Notes under the pieces: generated by a model
Told to the model about the DNA's origin: nothing
What the model saw: the letters and a program-made list of their open reading frames with translations, nothing else
Database searches by the model: none
Position numbers and translations under genes: made by a program
In this document: positions 50,524 through 63,630 of the stretch, one piece after another
Layout: every line of letters starts with the position of its first letter
Position numbering within the stretch: position 1 is the first letter of the stretch
Assembly (NCBI RefSeq): GCF_009834535.1
Contig: NC_045696.1
Span: 112,656,001 to 112,720,000 of the forward strand
DNA length: 64,000 nt
Source of the DNA: Camelus ferus
Lineage: Eukaryota
Direction: 5' to 3'

Positions 50524-52189
50524 CTTTGGAATGTACTTATATGTTGTCCTCTAATCTTAGTATAGAGTGTATTTGCATTTATTCATTTAAGGGAGAAATG
50601 AAACTTGGAGATAACGGAGGATATGGAGGGCAAACTTAACCAAACATAAGCAGGGAAAGAGTAACAATCTCCCAGAATAATCTACACGTTAATGCACTGG
50701 TTTGTAACTTAAAAGTATCTAAATGCTTAGTATAAACCAAGAGAAAAAACTTATTTCCGGTGGTAATTATACTTATTTCTTTCAGAAGATTTTTTCAGTC
50801 AGTACCGAGACCTTCAAATCTCTATTATTTGAACACAGTGTTTGAACTGAGAAAAAATACCCAGGTTGAGGTAGGCATAGCAAAGATGAGAAATCAGAGA
50901 ACGTAACCTCATAAAATCTCTTGGAAAAGAAAATATGGTTGGGAGTTTAAAATAGTCTTAGAGAAGACTGCATTCAAATACTGTTGATGATCGTCTCTGA
51001 AGTTCACCTGCTATGAAAATCACCTTCATGGAAGCAGGGGGAATAAAAACCCACCCTCTGATACAATAGTTATGGTCTGGGTTAGCATTTTTCCTCCCCT
51101 GTCTCTCTCTTTTCCTTTTTCCCTCCTGAAGTTGCACTGACCTCCCATCTCTCACTTTGGGGATGCTGATTAAACCGACTGGAGCACCCCAATCAGAAGT
51201 CCCTGACCGCTGAGTCCCGTCCTTGGTTACTTAACCGTGATGGGTATTTCTGAGAAGGTCACCATTTCTTTCCATCGCGATGAGTGATCGACTCAACAAG
51301 GAGTTCATATTGCACCAAACACTTTTCAAAAATGATTCATGTTAATGGCATGTCTCTGGGGATTGATGCTAAATAGAATACAACTAAAGCTTAAACAATG
51401 ATTTAGCAATCTGAAATCCCACAGACCACGGGGCATGTAGGCACAGTTGATGGTAAACATCAAAGAATAAATACAACTAAAAGTCATAAAATTGGATAGA
51501 CAATAAATCTGACAGTTCAAGACCTTTTGGGGCTTGAATCGTAAAAAATAAAATGACTTACTCGGGCATTCCTGGCTTTCTTTCTTTATTTATTTGCCAC
51601 ACATCTTTTACAGGGCAGGGAACTGAAGGCAGTGTCGTATTTCTGACATGTTAGTGTGGTTTACAAAGGTGGTTGCCTCACAAAATAAAATCAAATGGAC
51701 ATATTGAAGAAATACCCCCCTCTTTTGTCCATAATATCGATCACTCCTTGAGGGAGGAGGTTGTTGGGAATTTATCCACCAAAATCAGGTGTGAAGCTTT
51801 TATAATCTTCCCACGGTAGCCACAAAAATGTAGCAGAAAACAGAACTGATATCTGCAACTCACTTTAGTTTTATTTTAAAATCTCCCTATAGTCTTTTTA
51901 TTTTTTGAGGGGGTTGTAACTAGGTTTTTAGGAAGAGAAGAAATTTTATTATTTTATTAGAATTAGACTTTTTATTTAGAATTTTTTATTAGAATTTTAT
52001 TTAGAATATTTAGAATTAATTTATTATTTAATAGAAGTTTTACTATTTTATTTTTAAAAGGAAAAAACTGTAGTGTTTTAGATGACCTGATGGGAGAAAA
52101 GAAAGATACAAACCTAACATTAAATTGAAGAAAATATTAATGTCAAAAATTATTTTTCTTCAAATATAAAATGTTTCTTTAGCAATAAG

Positions 52190-52246
52190 TTTTTTTTTTA
52201 AATTGAAGTATGGTTGATTTACAATGTTGCATTAGTTTCTGGTATT
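52190..52246 (-). mobile_element. Minimal L1 3'-terminal stub
   Basis: Poly-T followed by 'aaattgaagtatggttgatttacaatgttgcattagtttctggta'. Confidence 0.8.
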
Positions 52247-52944
52247 GGAAAAGCTTCTTTTAATAGATATAGATAATTCTAAATATGTATTTAAATAAAT
52301 GAGAAAGAAAAATGCAAGTAGACTTATACCTCTCTTTACTCATAAGACTTGCTTTCTATCTTAATTATTAATTCATAATTCAAACAATATTCACGCATCT
52401 TTTAGAAGGCATTGCATCAAGACCTCTACGGCATTTAACCACAAACAAGACAAGGTTTCATCTTCAAGCTCTTGCCTAGAAAGCTCTTCAAGTGAAGGAA
52501 CGTCTCTACTGAGTAAGGAAAAGTGACCTTGACTGTCTCAATTCCTCCTGCCTCTTGTGACTCAACTCTGAATAAGCTCGTGCGTACTCTCGTGGTCACA
52601 TGTCTTGTCCCCATTTCCTTATTTCCCTTTTAGACATTAAAATCCTTATTAATATATTTCATTGCCTATTTTGTGTCAGAATCTGTTCAAAAATAAGTAG
52701 GACAGACATGCTTCTGCCCAAAACAGTGTTTGCAATTCAGAAAGGTATTAGATGGTAATTATTAATGAATTGGTTAATTAATTTTATTTGTAGTAATGAC
52801 AACACTGAGCATTGCCTGGCAGGTTCCTCTTACCTACACTCCTCCTACTTACATTGAGATATTATTCTATAAATCCAGTGAACAAAGTTGATGGTCATTT
52901 GACAAAATGAATTTTAGGAGTTTTCTTAGGTTGCGTATTCTAGA

Positions 52945-53170
52945 CCATGTACTTTCAGTGGAGGCAATATTGTCCCCATGGGAGTGAAAATCAGTTTCTA
53001 AGGAGATGAACAAATCTTATTATTTTTAAGTAAAAAATACATATATTTATACAACATATAATCAGACACATAGTGTATCTGAGAGATTAAAATTTCATGG
53101 GGGAGCAATTAGAAAAAAATATCAAAAAGGGTTTTTTTAGGTAGGGACCCACAAAAAATTATCAAAACAT
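52945..53170. mobile_element. MER112-like hAT-Charlie MITE
   Basis: 'ggcaatattgtccccatgggagtgaaaatcagtttct', 'attaaaatttcatgggggagcaattagaaaaaaat'. Confidence 0.75.
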
Positions 53171-53202
53171 ATATGTTTATAATTTAGGATGGCTGATCAT
53201 TC

Positions 53203-53655
53203 TTGGTAGCTTTGGTGAATTAAAAATAGCCACAAATTCTTAGTTTGTATACCTGCCAAGAGTTGGAGTCCATTTTTCCAACCTCTGTTGACAGTTCTGC
53301 TTGTGATACAGTGAAACTGATGCTATGTCTGTTCCAGGTCTAGACTTTGAGAGGACTGGAAGCTTCTGCTGCTTTCTTCCTCTTGAAATCCAGCTGCCAT
53401 ACAGGGAGGAAGCTTTAGCAGCTACGTGAAGAAGCTCACGTGGAGAAGAATCAAGGTCACCAAACAGCCTTCGCTGAACCCTCCACTGACGACCAAGAAC
53501 TGGGCGTTCCAGACCCAGGTGGTCTGCCCCAGCTCCACCGTGTTATGCAGGGGTAACCTGTCCAGGTCAAGCCTTACTCAAATAGCAAAACCCCGAGCAG
53601 ATAATTAGTGTTGCTTTAGACCACTGAGATTTGGGCAGTGCATAATGAAAACGGT
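53203..53655 (+). mobile_element. MaLR solo LTR (MLT1G/H-like)
   Basis: 'taaaaatagccacaaattctt', 'ttgagaggactggaagcttc', 'tgttgctttagaccactgagatttggg'. Confidence 0.8.
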
Positions 53656-54831
53656 CCCCCAATACAAAGCGGGATGATTAACAAAATGAACAATGACTCT
53701 CACAGGTAGAACTGGGCAAATTCTCCTGATACCACATCATGACGTTTAATAATTTCCAAAGACTCGCAGATGTCCCTCTGCAGTTGCCTAATGCTTGATC
53801 ACTATGAGTCTTATTCTTCTTAAATTTCTTTCTGCATCTTTTTCTCTTTGTCTGTCTCTACTATCTCTGCTGCATTTTTCTTTTTGTGCCTTTTTCATTC
53901 CAAAATGTATGCTTTTTATTATACGTGCATATCCCCTGCTCTTACAGGGCACTCGTATTTTGTATTAGACATTAAATTTTATTAGGCCAAAAATATCCAA
54001 ACATTGATCTTTACTACTATCAACTGCCTTCACTGTTTCTAGAAGCAAGATTTTGAGTAGAGTAACTTCATCTGTAACTGCAGACACATACCATTGTTTG
54101 TAAGAACAGAAGAGAAGCCTTGTGCGTGTGCAGTCCTAAGTAGAAACCAAAACATTGTGTTTTCTCTCGGCTCATTTTTGTACCACAACCAAAATTATTA
54201 GGGTGCAGTTACAAACTTCCTGATCCTTTATCCCCTTGGGTGTCTGAGGTTTTAAAAAAAGAAAGTCACTTCTTCTAACAGGGACATATTTTCTACTTTG
54301 TACAAGACTAGAATTGACCTTAACCATTGGATACAAATCCCTCCTTGAACTTAAGACAGGAAAAGATTGCTGACAAATGGTTGTTCTTTCTCTTAAACAA
54401 TGCAGAATGTATAATTCAACATATTTTCTATTTTCCCCTATTACCAGGAAGTTTAAAACTGCTCAAAGCTTCTCTCCTAGCTAAGCATCTCGGTCTCCAG
54501 GTAGTAGCTACTCCCTTTCACTTAGTTTTATTCTTTATGTAAAACATTATTGCCTCATTGCACACCATGTTTGGTATTGCTGGTCTAGTCCGTTACACTT
54601 TGGAGGGGCTGGGATCTACATCAGTTGTCAAAATGGCAACATGAAGTGTCTCTCAGGTGACCGACAGAGATAGGTCATTTCAGTAGCAGCCTTCAACTTT
54701 CCTTGAGTCTCACAAAGGAGGGCCAAACCAGAATGGCTGAGAAGAGTGCAAAGGAAGACAGAAGACTGTCCACCTAGATATGCTTTTTGGGCACCGCCGC
54801 AGGGCTCGCCTTCAAGGCTTTCTACCTCCAG

Positions 54832-55000
54832 AGGCGACGTTTCTCAAAACACAGTTCATAGGTTGCTTTTTTAAAATGTAGATTCTTTGATCCCATCCCA
54901 GATCCACTGAATCAGAATGCCAAAGAGTGGGACCCAGTCGTCTGCATTTTCACCAGCTCTCCAGGTGACGTGAATGTCAGCCAAAGTAGGAGGCCATTAG
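54832..55000. mobile_element. MER5A-like MITE
   Basis: 'taaaatgtagattctttgatcccatcccagatccactgaatcagaat...tctgcattttcaccagctctccaggtga'. Confidence 0.85.
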
Positions 55001-55149
55001 CTTTATATTAAAGCCAGATCCCTTCCTGCGCAGGACGCCCAGACCCCAGCACTATCTTCTGCTCTGCCACCCCACGAACATTGGTCCCGACCCTACAGGA
55101 TGCCTTGGGTTCTGGGGACTTTACTGCTTCCTCAAGCAGCAAAGCTCCC

Positions 55150-55500
55150 GACACACTTTGCTGGGAAGTTCTTCCCTGGTCTCGCCCTTCTGAGACACCA
55201 CAACTTGTCCTGTAAGGAATGGCTCCTACACCCCTTCCTCTGACAAATTCTTCCCTGGTTTTGCCTGAGACACACTCCCTAGGCCCACAGGCAGGACCTT
55301 TCCCTCTCTGTTCCTTGGTTCTTGCCCATCCTGCCACAAAGCACTAGACTAGCACATACTGTTATGATTCTGTGTTTTCAGGCCTTCCTTATGAAACTAG
55401 AAATTCCTTAAAGATCTGCCTTTTTATTTACTTATTTTTCCCCTTGTATGTAGTTGGAGGCTAGAAAGAATATTTTGAGAGAATGAATGAATAAACAAAT
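55150..55500 (+). mobile_element. L2 3' end
   Basis: 'aactagaaattccttaaagatc...aatattttgagagaatgaatgaataaa'. Confidence 0.5.
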
Positions 55501-56319
55501 AGCATGAAGTGTTGTGTTCTATGTCTGATGGTGGAGGGCCTCAAATTACTCTCTAACATCAAATTAAAAGTCAGATTCTGCCTGTATGGTCCCCCACTTC
55601 TACACAGTCATGAGAATAACAATAACTTAGTAAACTAGTCCATCCAACTCTTTGCTTGGCGTTTATGCCCTCTCCTTGAAACAAGAGCACCTTTAATTTA
55701 TGAACTGCCACTTTGAGCTAACTCCTATTTCAGTTCAAATGGCTCAACGGTTATTTGAATAGCTCTAAAAGGGTTCAACCCTTTTTAAAAAATGATGCGG
55801 TATCTCATAAAACTATGGTTGATACGGTTATAAATTTCAGGAATGAGACCTAGGCTCTTTGAGCAACCACATTTAAGGAACATACCAGCCAGGGCATCTC
55901 ATTCCTTGGAGAGGGTGGAGGCCTCCGTCTCTACACTAATTATCAGGCCACATTAGAGTCTCCTCCCTGATCATGAAAGCTTTGGCTGCCTTTGAATAAG
56001 GCACTTCAAAGTCTCCCTTTCATAAGACTGTTGAGATCTCAGCCCATTGAGACTGTCACAGGCTGACATGCTTGTGTGCTTGTCAAACTTTCTGGAAGCC
56101 TGCCTCTGATCCTAGCCCTGGGAGAGCGGAAAGTCCTACTGATAACCCTTTCTTAAGGGGGATAAAAAAGACAGCACATAAAGTAAGGGGGAAAATCACT
56201 CAAGAATTTTAAATGTGGAGGGATTTCCATACTATCAGAAGGAAAGAACTGTGTCCCTCTGAGACGTTTTTCTGGGCAACACACCGTCTAGCTCCAAATA
56301 GCAAGTGGGTAAGTGCACG

Positions 56320-56800
56320 TATGTCAGTGTCCTGGCAGGAAACACTAACCTACTGGAGATGAATTTAGTTAAGATTTACAATTTGTAAAGGTGAAATCGG
56401 ATCTAGGGAAAGCAAGCTGGGACGGTGTAGTTCCCTGGGACTGCCTATAGTGAAGGAGTCATGAGCACCTCAGACCTGGAGAGGTAAGGAAAGAGAGTGG
56501 TTACAGAAACCACGGCAGAGACGGGGTTAAATGGCGCTGTCCATTCATCAGGAGCTATGGCCTCCCACTGACGGACATCAGCGTCTCCACTGGCCACTCA
56601 TCAAGGAGGCAGTTAGGGAGGCAAGTGCTCCAGCCTCACACCCTCCCCTTCTTATAAAATCCCTCCCACGCTTCCCATCGACTGAACCTGCAGCCAGAAA
56701 ACAAGGGGATGCTTGGTGCTGCATGTAGGGCAGCCTCACGGGACACCACACAGGATGGGAGGCGCAGAGATGGGCTTCATGGGATACACAGGGGGTTCCT
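56320..56800 (-). mobile_element. ERVL solo LTR (LTR33-like)
   Basis: 'gtcagtgtcctggcaggaaaca', 'cacctcagacctggagaggtaaggaaagagagtggttacagaaacc'; antisense relative of the 28.0-28.5 kb LTR. Confidence 0.75.
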
Positions 56801-57674
56801 TGGCGGACTGAAGTGAGTGCAGAACAGTGGAATTCGCTGTGCTCCCGTTGAAGGCAGAAACACCAGCTCTCTCGGGTACATGCACAGTCTAATAAAGATT
56901 CTCTGACCCGTAAGAACTTCAGTGACCGACACCTTCTCTGCCTTAGGGTCTACTAAGGTTTTGAGAATCTGGACCAAACACAGTATGTAGATGCTGTGAA
57001 TAAAATTTTTAGAAGTGACATGCTGAAAGGTAGCAATAATAAAGGCTTAACTCAGCAACTCTCTGGGAATGGACGGGATCAATCTATATGCCAGTTACAC
57101 AAATACAAATTTTAAACATATGCAAAACAACAACGGCATCTCTAACTCACAAACGCCTAGATGTGGTTATGGTGAGGATGGCTGATCTCAGAACCGACTC
57201 CAGCACAAACAGAATCAATGACCACCTGCATGGAGTGACTCAAGCAGGAAGTGAGAATCTCTAGTGCCACTCTCGTGCCAAAACCAGGCACTCTTGCCTG
57301 GGATTCTGCCATTACAGAACCACCTTTGTACTTCAGATGCCCTGGACTTGCTGGTATCCCCTCTTCAAATTCATACCCTCCAAAGCAGCATCGGATTAGT
57401 CATTGACAGGCTGAGTCAATGAGTAATAGTCGTAGTAGTAGGAGTTAGGCTATTAGCCTCACTAAACTCAAGTGTCTATAGTTTAAAGGGAGCAAAGCAG
57501 GCTTGCTGCCACTGTCTGAGGAAATGGGCTTAGATGAGATGTCACCAGATGGTAAGACAGTAAGATCATCTCTGGGCAGTAAAGGGATCCCAGGCGGTAG
57601 TTGGAAGCCAGGGTCAGAGGAACAGGAGAGAAAGAAATCAAAAGGGGCAGAAGGGTATTGGATTTATTCAACAG

Positions 57675-57900
57675 ATCGCATTTGTTACCTGACACTTACT
57701 TTGTGCAGGACATCGTGCTAAGCTGTTTACATGTGTTGTCTCTGTAATTTTTACATCAACTGTGAGGTAGGCCCTGTTAGCCCCCATTTCTCCAGATGAG
57801 GAAAATGGCTTAAGGAGGCTTAAGGAGGCTCATTAATCTGCCCAAGGCCACCGAGATAGAAAATGATGAGACAGTGAGGATTCCAAATCCTCTGCTTCAT
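57675..57900 (-). mobile_element. MIR SINE
   Basis: 'aactgtgaggtagg...cccatttctccagatgaggaaaatggct...tgcccaaggccac'. Confidence 0.85.
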
Positions 57901-58309
57901 TTTCTCTGGCATATGTTCACATCCTCCCTTGCCCTCTCTGCCAGGGACTTGAAGAAGGGTGAATTGGAACTGGCAGTGGATTAAAAAAAGGACTAAAAAA
58001 GACCTGAGCACAAAACACATGCACACTGTCCCCCAAGGAGATACTCTGATTAATTCATTGTTCCACAATTTTTAATGAACACTTACTCTAGCCTGGGCTT
58101 ATACCAAGATCAAGAGTTTCAAAGGTGAAGAAATATTCCCCAACTTCATAAACTAGCAGTGTGACAAAGACTTTAATCCAAGAGTGTACTGAGAACACAA
58201 CCCAAAGTTTGTTGGGCTGTTACAGACCAGAGGGAAAGAGTTTAGGAATTTGCAGACCCCTTAGGTAAGTATTCAGTGCTGGGGAAAGATAAGGCAGATG
58301 AGGAAGCAT

Positions 58310-58722
58310 CTCTATTAGTTAGCATAAGTGAAGTTCTGCTGCAGTAACAACAAACCTCAGTGGCTTTATAAGACAAAGATTTATTTTTTGCTAATTCAAA
58401 GTCCTGTGGGTCTGGATGACTCTCAGGGAAAGCCATCCTCTGAATGATGACTCAAAGATCAGGGCAGCTGCTGCTTTTGAGGCAGTGTGAGGCAGGGTTC
58501 ATTATCCCAACACAAGGCCTCCTTCTCCATCGCCAGAACAGAGAACATGCGAGATGAGAACCATGTATGGGATTTTTCACTGACCTGGCCTGGAAGTGAG
58601 AGGCACCATTTCTACTAATATTTTATTGGCCAGAAATCAGTACATAGTCCCATCCACCCATAAGGAACCTGAGAAGAAGAAAGCCATGTGTTGGGGAAAC
58701 CTAGCACTGTCTCCTGCGGTGC
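58310..58722 (-). mobile_element. MaLR solo LTR (MLT1K/L-like)
   Basis: 'gctgcagtaacaacaaacctcagtggctt', 'ggcctggaagtgagaggcaccatttctactaatattttattggccagaa'. Confidence 0.8.
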
Positions 58723-59622
58723 ACAGCAGCAAATGACTGCCTGGGATGATCCAGCCTTTTGTAATGCAGATCATGATTTGTGATATCTCTGATTCTCATG
58801 TGGAGGAACCCTTCTTCAGAGTCCCAGAGGGAATCCGGTGGGAAAGCAGACCAGACACTGGTAAGAGAGGCATGAATGAATATGGCCTAGTCCAGTCGTC
58901 CCTGCTGGACAGCAGGACTCTTCTTGGGAACCAATCCTGAGATCAAAAAGAACAGGGAGGTTGAAGCATCCGTTTTGCTTCTTGGCTGCCATCAGAAATC
59001 TGCAGGACCTCTCTTGGCAGCAAAACACTTTATCTGCAAGGAGAGCATATGAAAGATGCTTTAGCTTTCGTGCAATTGCAGAGAAAAAGAAAAACTCCAA
59101 AAGTTGCAATTCACAAATCAGACACATTAAAGGCTTAAACACACTAATTAGTTCTTACTCAATACATTGTAAAGCTACCCTGAAATTATGGCTAAATTGC
59201 ATAGAAAAAAAATACGCTTGGAATGGAGGGTGGGAATTGAGAGTTTGGGAAATTAAACTCATTACTCCATGTACTTCTGTTATGACTCAATTTTTTTTAG
59301 TTGCCCCTTTTTGAACCTTTTCTGTATCTGTGTTGCTCCTGAGATGAGTCATGGAATTTAATTTTAGGTTCTTTTTTTCCCCAATTGCAGGTGTAATTTG
59401 GCCTTGCTCAAGAGTAGCAGGACATTTACCAATCCACACGAAGAGGCTTAGATAATATTCAAAGAAATGTTCCTTGCTAGAAGGCTGAGGTAGAGTTGTT
59501 CCAAAGGAAACGGGCTTTGAAATGGTGACACTGGAATGAAATGGACTAGGAGTGATGGACAAAGACGTAGAGTGAGAACAGAAAGAGCACAGAACCAGGA
59601 GCCTGGGGATTGGGTCACTTCA

Positions 59623-60045
59623 TGTGGCGGATGCTGTGATGTGGTAACCCAGGCTCTCCCTTCCGGATTAAAGGACTCATCTTCCCTGCTGCTGGGAGTA
59701 ATCCCAGCAGAGCACCCCAGGGTCGACCCTCTGAAGGATGGCCTCCGTTGAAGGGCAAACTTCACCCAGGGAAGTCCACATTTGATGACAGGTCAATGAG
59801 GAAGCCTGGCTGGCCCTCCTGCCCTGACCTGGGGTGACTCAGAAAGGCCATCCTACCTCCAAAGAGCCCCATGAGGTCAGCTGAGGCCTTTGTTAAAAAT
59901 GCATCTCCACTTAACTTCTCCCTTTGCCCAGTTCTGCTTTCTTGCTCCTCCGCGTGTAGGTGTTGATCCCAAGAGCAGCCCTGAAGAAACCTGTTCACTA
60001 GTCTCCACCTCAGATCTCCTTCTGGGAAATCCAGTCTGCAGTTAT
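59623..60045 (+). mobile_element. ERVL solo LTR (LTR16A/C-like)
   Basis: Starts 'tgtggcggatgctgt'; 'aaggactcatcttccctgctgctgggagt', 'gctgaggcctttgtt', 'taggtgttgatcccaagagca'. Confidence 0.85.
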
Positions 60046-60739
60046 ACATCCAGCTGAAGTCTGTGAATCCAGGACTCGGGTCCCTGTCCTGATCAGGAGG
60101 GAGAAAATGAAGGAATGAATCAATGAACCTATCAAAACAGCCCTGAAAGTTGTAGGCTTTTGACGTGAGGCCCACACAGGGAGATGAGGACTGTGGACAC
60201 CCTGAATTGTACATGAAGTTTCACGTGCAAGGGGACAGGAGCACACTCCCGAGGTGACGTGCTGATCTTGACAGACGGTCTCAAGAGCTTTTGCCCCTGA
60301 CTGGTTAGGGAGGCACTGGTAAGAAAGAGCCACCTGCAGGTGCTTTAACTGCAATATTCCAGGACTTCACAAGACACAAGGTGGGGTCTTCAGAAGGCTG
60401 CCCTGGGGCTCCTGACGTGCCACTCTGCAAGTCCATTCATACTTATGAGGCCATGACAGAGGTCCACCCTCGGAAAACATGTGTTCATTCAACAGTGTCT
60501 GGAAGTAACTCCCTGGCCTTAATTGTTAAACCTTTGAGACGGCTCTAAGGAGGGACATTTTAAGGATGGAAAAGTGAATCCAAACAGGCTGCTGAGAAAC
60601 ACACTTTAGAGCAGGCTTGTAGCCCTTGTCCCCACACTTCTCGACCAGATCTAGGACCAATTCTAACAAAACAGTGCCCTCTCACCCCCCTCCTAGCCCT
60701 CTACTATGAGAAATAGATTTGTTCCCAAAAAAGAATAGC

Positions 60740-60930
60740 AGAGCTATAAATTATTGTGTTTACTATAAGCCAGGTGCTCCATATTCTGATTTTATCTAAG
60801 CTTCAGGTCAACAGGTGACTAAGCACCATTACCTATGAGCAAATTGAGACTCAAGAAGTTTCAAGATTTTGTCCACGAGGTCAACAAAACTAGTAAAACC
60901 GATTTGGATTTAAACTCAAGTTCAACTTGG
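60740..60930 (-). mobile_element. MIR fragment
   Basis: 'ttattgtgtttactataagccaggtgct', 'atgagcaaattgagactcaaga', 'ggatttaaactcaagt'. Confidence 0.65.
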
Positions 60931-61504
60931 GTTTCAAGTTCGTCCCTTCCAGCTCTAAATTCTGGACACCGTCGGCTTCCCCATCTTGCCTTCTGAGATG
61001 AAGTCAGACCTACATCCTAAGCTTCAGGCAGGAAACAGCTTCTCAGGGAAAAGCTGGCAGTGTAGGGAGACAGCAGTCATGACACTGATTCCTCTGCTGG
61101 AGTCCCTGCCCTTGTTTACCTGATGCCAAAGGAGTTGCAGAAGACATCTATTGCACCAGCTGTTGGCCACCAGCAGAATAACAACACAGGTGACCCGATG
61201 AATGTCTTCCTGAATGTTCAGAGTTTAGGGACAGAGGTTTTTTAATTTTTCTGGGTGTATTTGGACTATGCCAACAAAATCCAAGCAGGGCATCTGTGAG
61301 TTAATGTGATACCAGCAGCGCCATTCATTCCTATCAGATAAGGAGTTACTACCATTCAATGAGCAGTGGTCATTCTTTTCAGCCAAACGGGGTACACAGT
61401 GAACTGAACATGGTCCTTTCGTGTCAGATTTATCATTTTGGCTGTTGTGATCATTAGTGCTCTGATCTTAGTAATTACCTCTTACACGTGTGTCATCTAT
61501 GCTC

Positions 61505-61670
61505 GCTTCCGTTTACACTGTCTCATTCAATCCTCCCAACAACATGGTACAGAAGGCTCGGCAGGTCGTATTACCTCCACGCAACAGGTGCGGAAACTGA
61601 AATTAGGGTAGCTTAAAGGGTTGACCCAAGACTTCATGTTAGTGTTCTGGGCTTCTAGTCTTTCCCCAAA
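61505..61670 (-). mobile_element. MIR fragment
   Basis: 'tctcattcaatcctcccaacaac', 'acaggtgcggaaactgaaattaggg'. Confidence 0.65.
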
Positions 61671-61734
61671 TTTACTGACAGGTAAAGAAAAAGTGAACCC
61701 ATATGAACAAGTCCAAACTGTGCAAAGAACTCCA

Positions 61735-62347
61735 CGGTGGCCCCTCCACCATATTGCCACATGGCAACCAGAGAGATCATCTCAGATGCATGTCAGGTCT
61801 TGCTACTTCCCTCCACCCTCCGGTGCCTCACCCTCTCATTGGAACAAAAGTCCTAAATCCTTCCTGAGCCATGAGGCTCTCAGGGCCTAGCCCTGACCCC
61901 TCCTCTGACTTCCTCTCCCACCCCTATTTCTGGCCCGTTCTCCTCTTTCCTCACTTGCCTCCATCTCCCTGGTTCTTGAACCAAGACCCATGCTCCTTCT
62001 TATACTTTGGTATTTGCACTTCTCCTTCTCTGGAACTTTCTTTGCTCTGATACTCAAAAGATGTTCCTTTCCATCCTAGCTGAAAAAGCGCCCCGTCATT
62101 TCTCTACCCTTTGACCTTACATTATTCATAGCTCTTATAAGGGCTTAAAATTATATTACACATGCATCAGTTTTAATATTTGTTTCCCATTCATTGTTCA
62201 TATTTGTTTATTCTTTCTCTCCTGGAATGTGAACTCCATGCAGGCAGGAACTTTCTCTGTCATGTTCACTGCTAGATTCCCAGTGCCTAGAAAGGCCCCA
62301 GTATGTGCTCAAAAATATTTGCTAAACTCTGAGTGAATGAGTGAGTC
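61735..62347 (+). mobile_element. L2 3' portion
   Basis: 'gcaaccagagagatcatctc', 'ggaatgtgaactccatgcaggcaggaacttt...tgttcactgctagattcccagtgcctagaa', tail 'gagtgaatgagtgag'. Confidence 0.9.
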
Positions 62348-62469
62348 TTCCTGAAAATGTCAGTTAGGTAGTTGAGTTTATAAAAAGAGGATTGTAATTC
62401 TCACATGTGCGGCAGTCAGTATTTCCCGTCTCATTAACTGGAAAAGTCTTTATGAAATGCATGATGTCT

Positions 62470-62710
62470 CATAGGGCTTTTATGAGAAACAGTCTCCTCC
62501 TGGCTTCACCACTTACAAGTTGTGGGAACTGCAATGAGTGATTTAACCTGTCTCTTATCTGAAGACTAGATTCCCTCATCTGTGAGATGGTCAGACGTGT
62601 CATTGCTGTGGGAATTAATAAATTACGTGTAAAAAGCAAGCACAGTGTCTGGCATATGGTAAGTGCTAAATGAATACTTGTCAATGGAATTATGATAATT
62701 ATAAAGGAGA
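62470..62710 (+). mobile_element. MIR SINE
   Basis: 'ccacttacaagttgtgg', 'ccctcatctgtgagatgg', 'agcacagtgtctggcatatggtaagtgctaaatgaata'. Confidence 0.85.
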
Positions 62711-63344
62711 ATAATAAACCTGCAGTCATTCCATTTATTTATTTTCTCATCCGTCGTCCATGTGCCAATGAGCGAGGATTGGGAGAAGCAGAAAAGAATG
62801 AGGTTCAACCATGTTTTAGGAAGACCTGGAGCTGGTAGGGCAGAGAAAGAATGTTATATTGTCGCTTTTCTCCCTTCTACCATGAGAAACTTCCCTTGGA
62901 TGCATATGTATAAAGCAGTCAACGAGATAAATTGCAAGAATAAATCATTAATTCATGTATTCCTTATTACATTGAAATTTTTTCTCATTTAATCTTCAAA
63001 CACCATTGAGGACTTAGCCCTGGGGAAACAGATAAAGATTTTGACCTCAAGAAATGGACAGGGTGAAGGTCACTAGGATGCTAACCCTGCCTGAGGACCC
63101 GATTTTGTGGGGCCTCCATTGTGTCATTAAGATGTCGGAGTCTTAAACTGCACATTTTCAATACAATCTTACCTGAAAAATCTTAATTCTCAGTTGCCCT
63201 TGAGAGATCTGATGTCCCAATAGCAATGGGCCCATATTTTCTTCTGATAACCAAACTCTAAAGCTGAGTAGTGATTGCTTCCTTTAAATTAACTCTTAAA
63301 ATGTTTAAAGTCTCTAGTTTGTCTCTATCCTCACAATGTTTTTC

Positions 63345-63630
63345 TATCCAGTTTCCAGTAGGCAAGTGTTAAAAATCTCCTACAATGATTGCAATTTTTT
63401 TTTTATTTTCTCCATATAACCATGTCAGTGTTGGTTTTATATATATTTAAGGCTCTGTTTTTAGGTTCATATACCTGACTGTAATACATTCTTGGTGAGT
63501 TGCTCTTTTTATTATGATTTAGTGTCCTTTTTTGTTCCTAGAAATTGTTTTGCTTAAAAATCTATTTTTGTCTGAGTTTGTACTGCCACACTGGTGTTCC
63601 TTCCATTATTACTTGCCTGCTAGATTTCTC
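63345..63630 (-). mobile_element. Ancient L1 ORF2 (endonuclease region) fragment
   Basis: 'gtgttaaaaatctcctacaatgattg', 'ttttatatatatttaaggctctgtttttaggttcatatac', 'cttaaaaatctatttttgtctga'. Confidence 0.75.

Noticed and set aside
50786..50870. Plus-strand candidate coding exon (ttctttcag...gag/gtaggc) with one open frame
   Set aside because: Peptide RFFQSVPRPSNLYYLNTVFELRKNTQVE is unrecognised and has no supporting neighbouring exons; compatible with chance.
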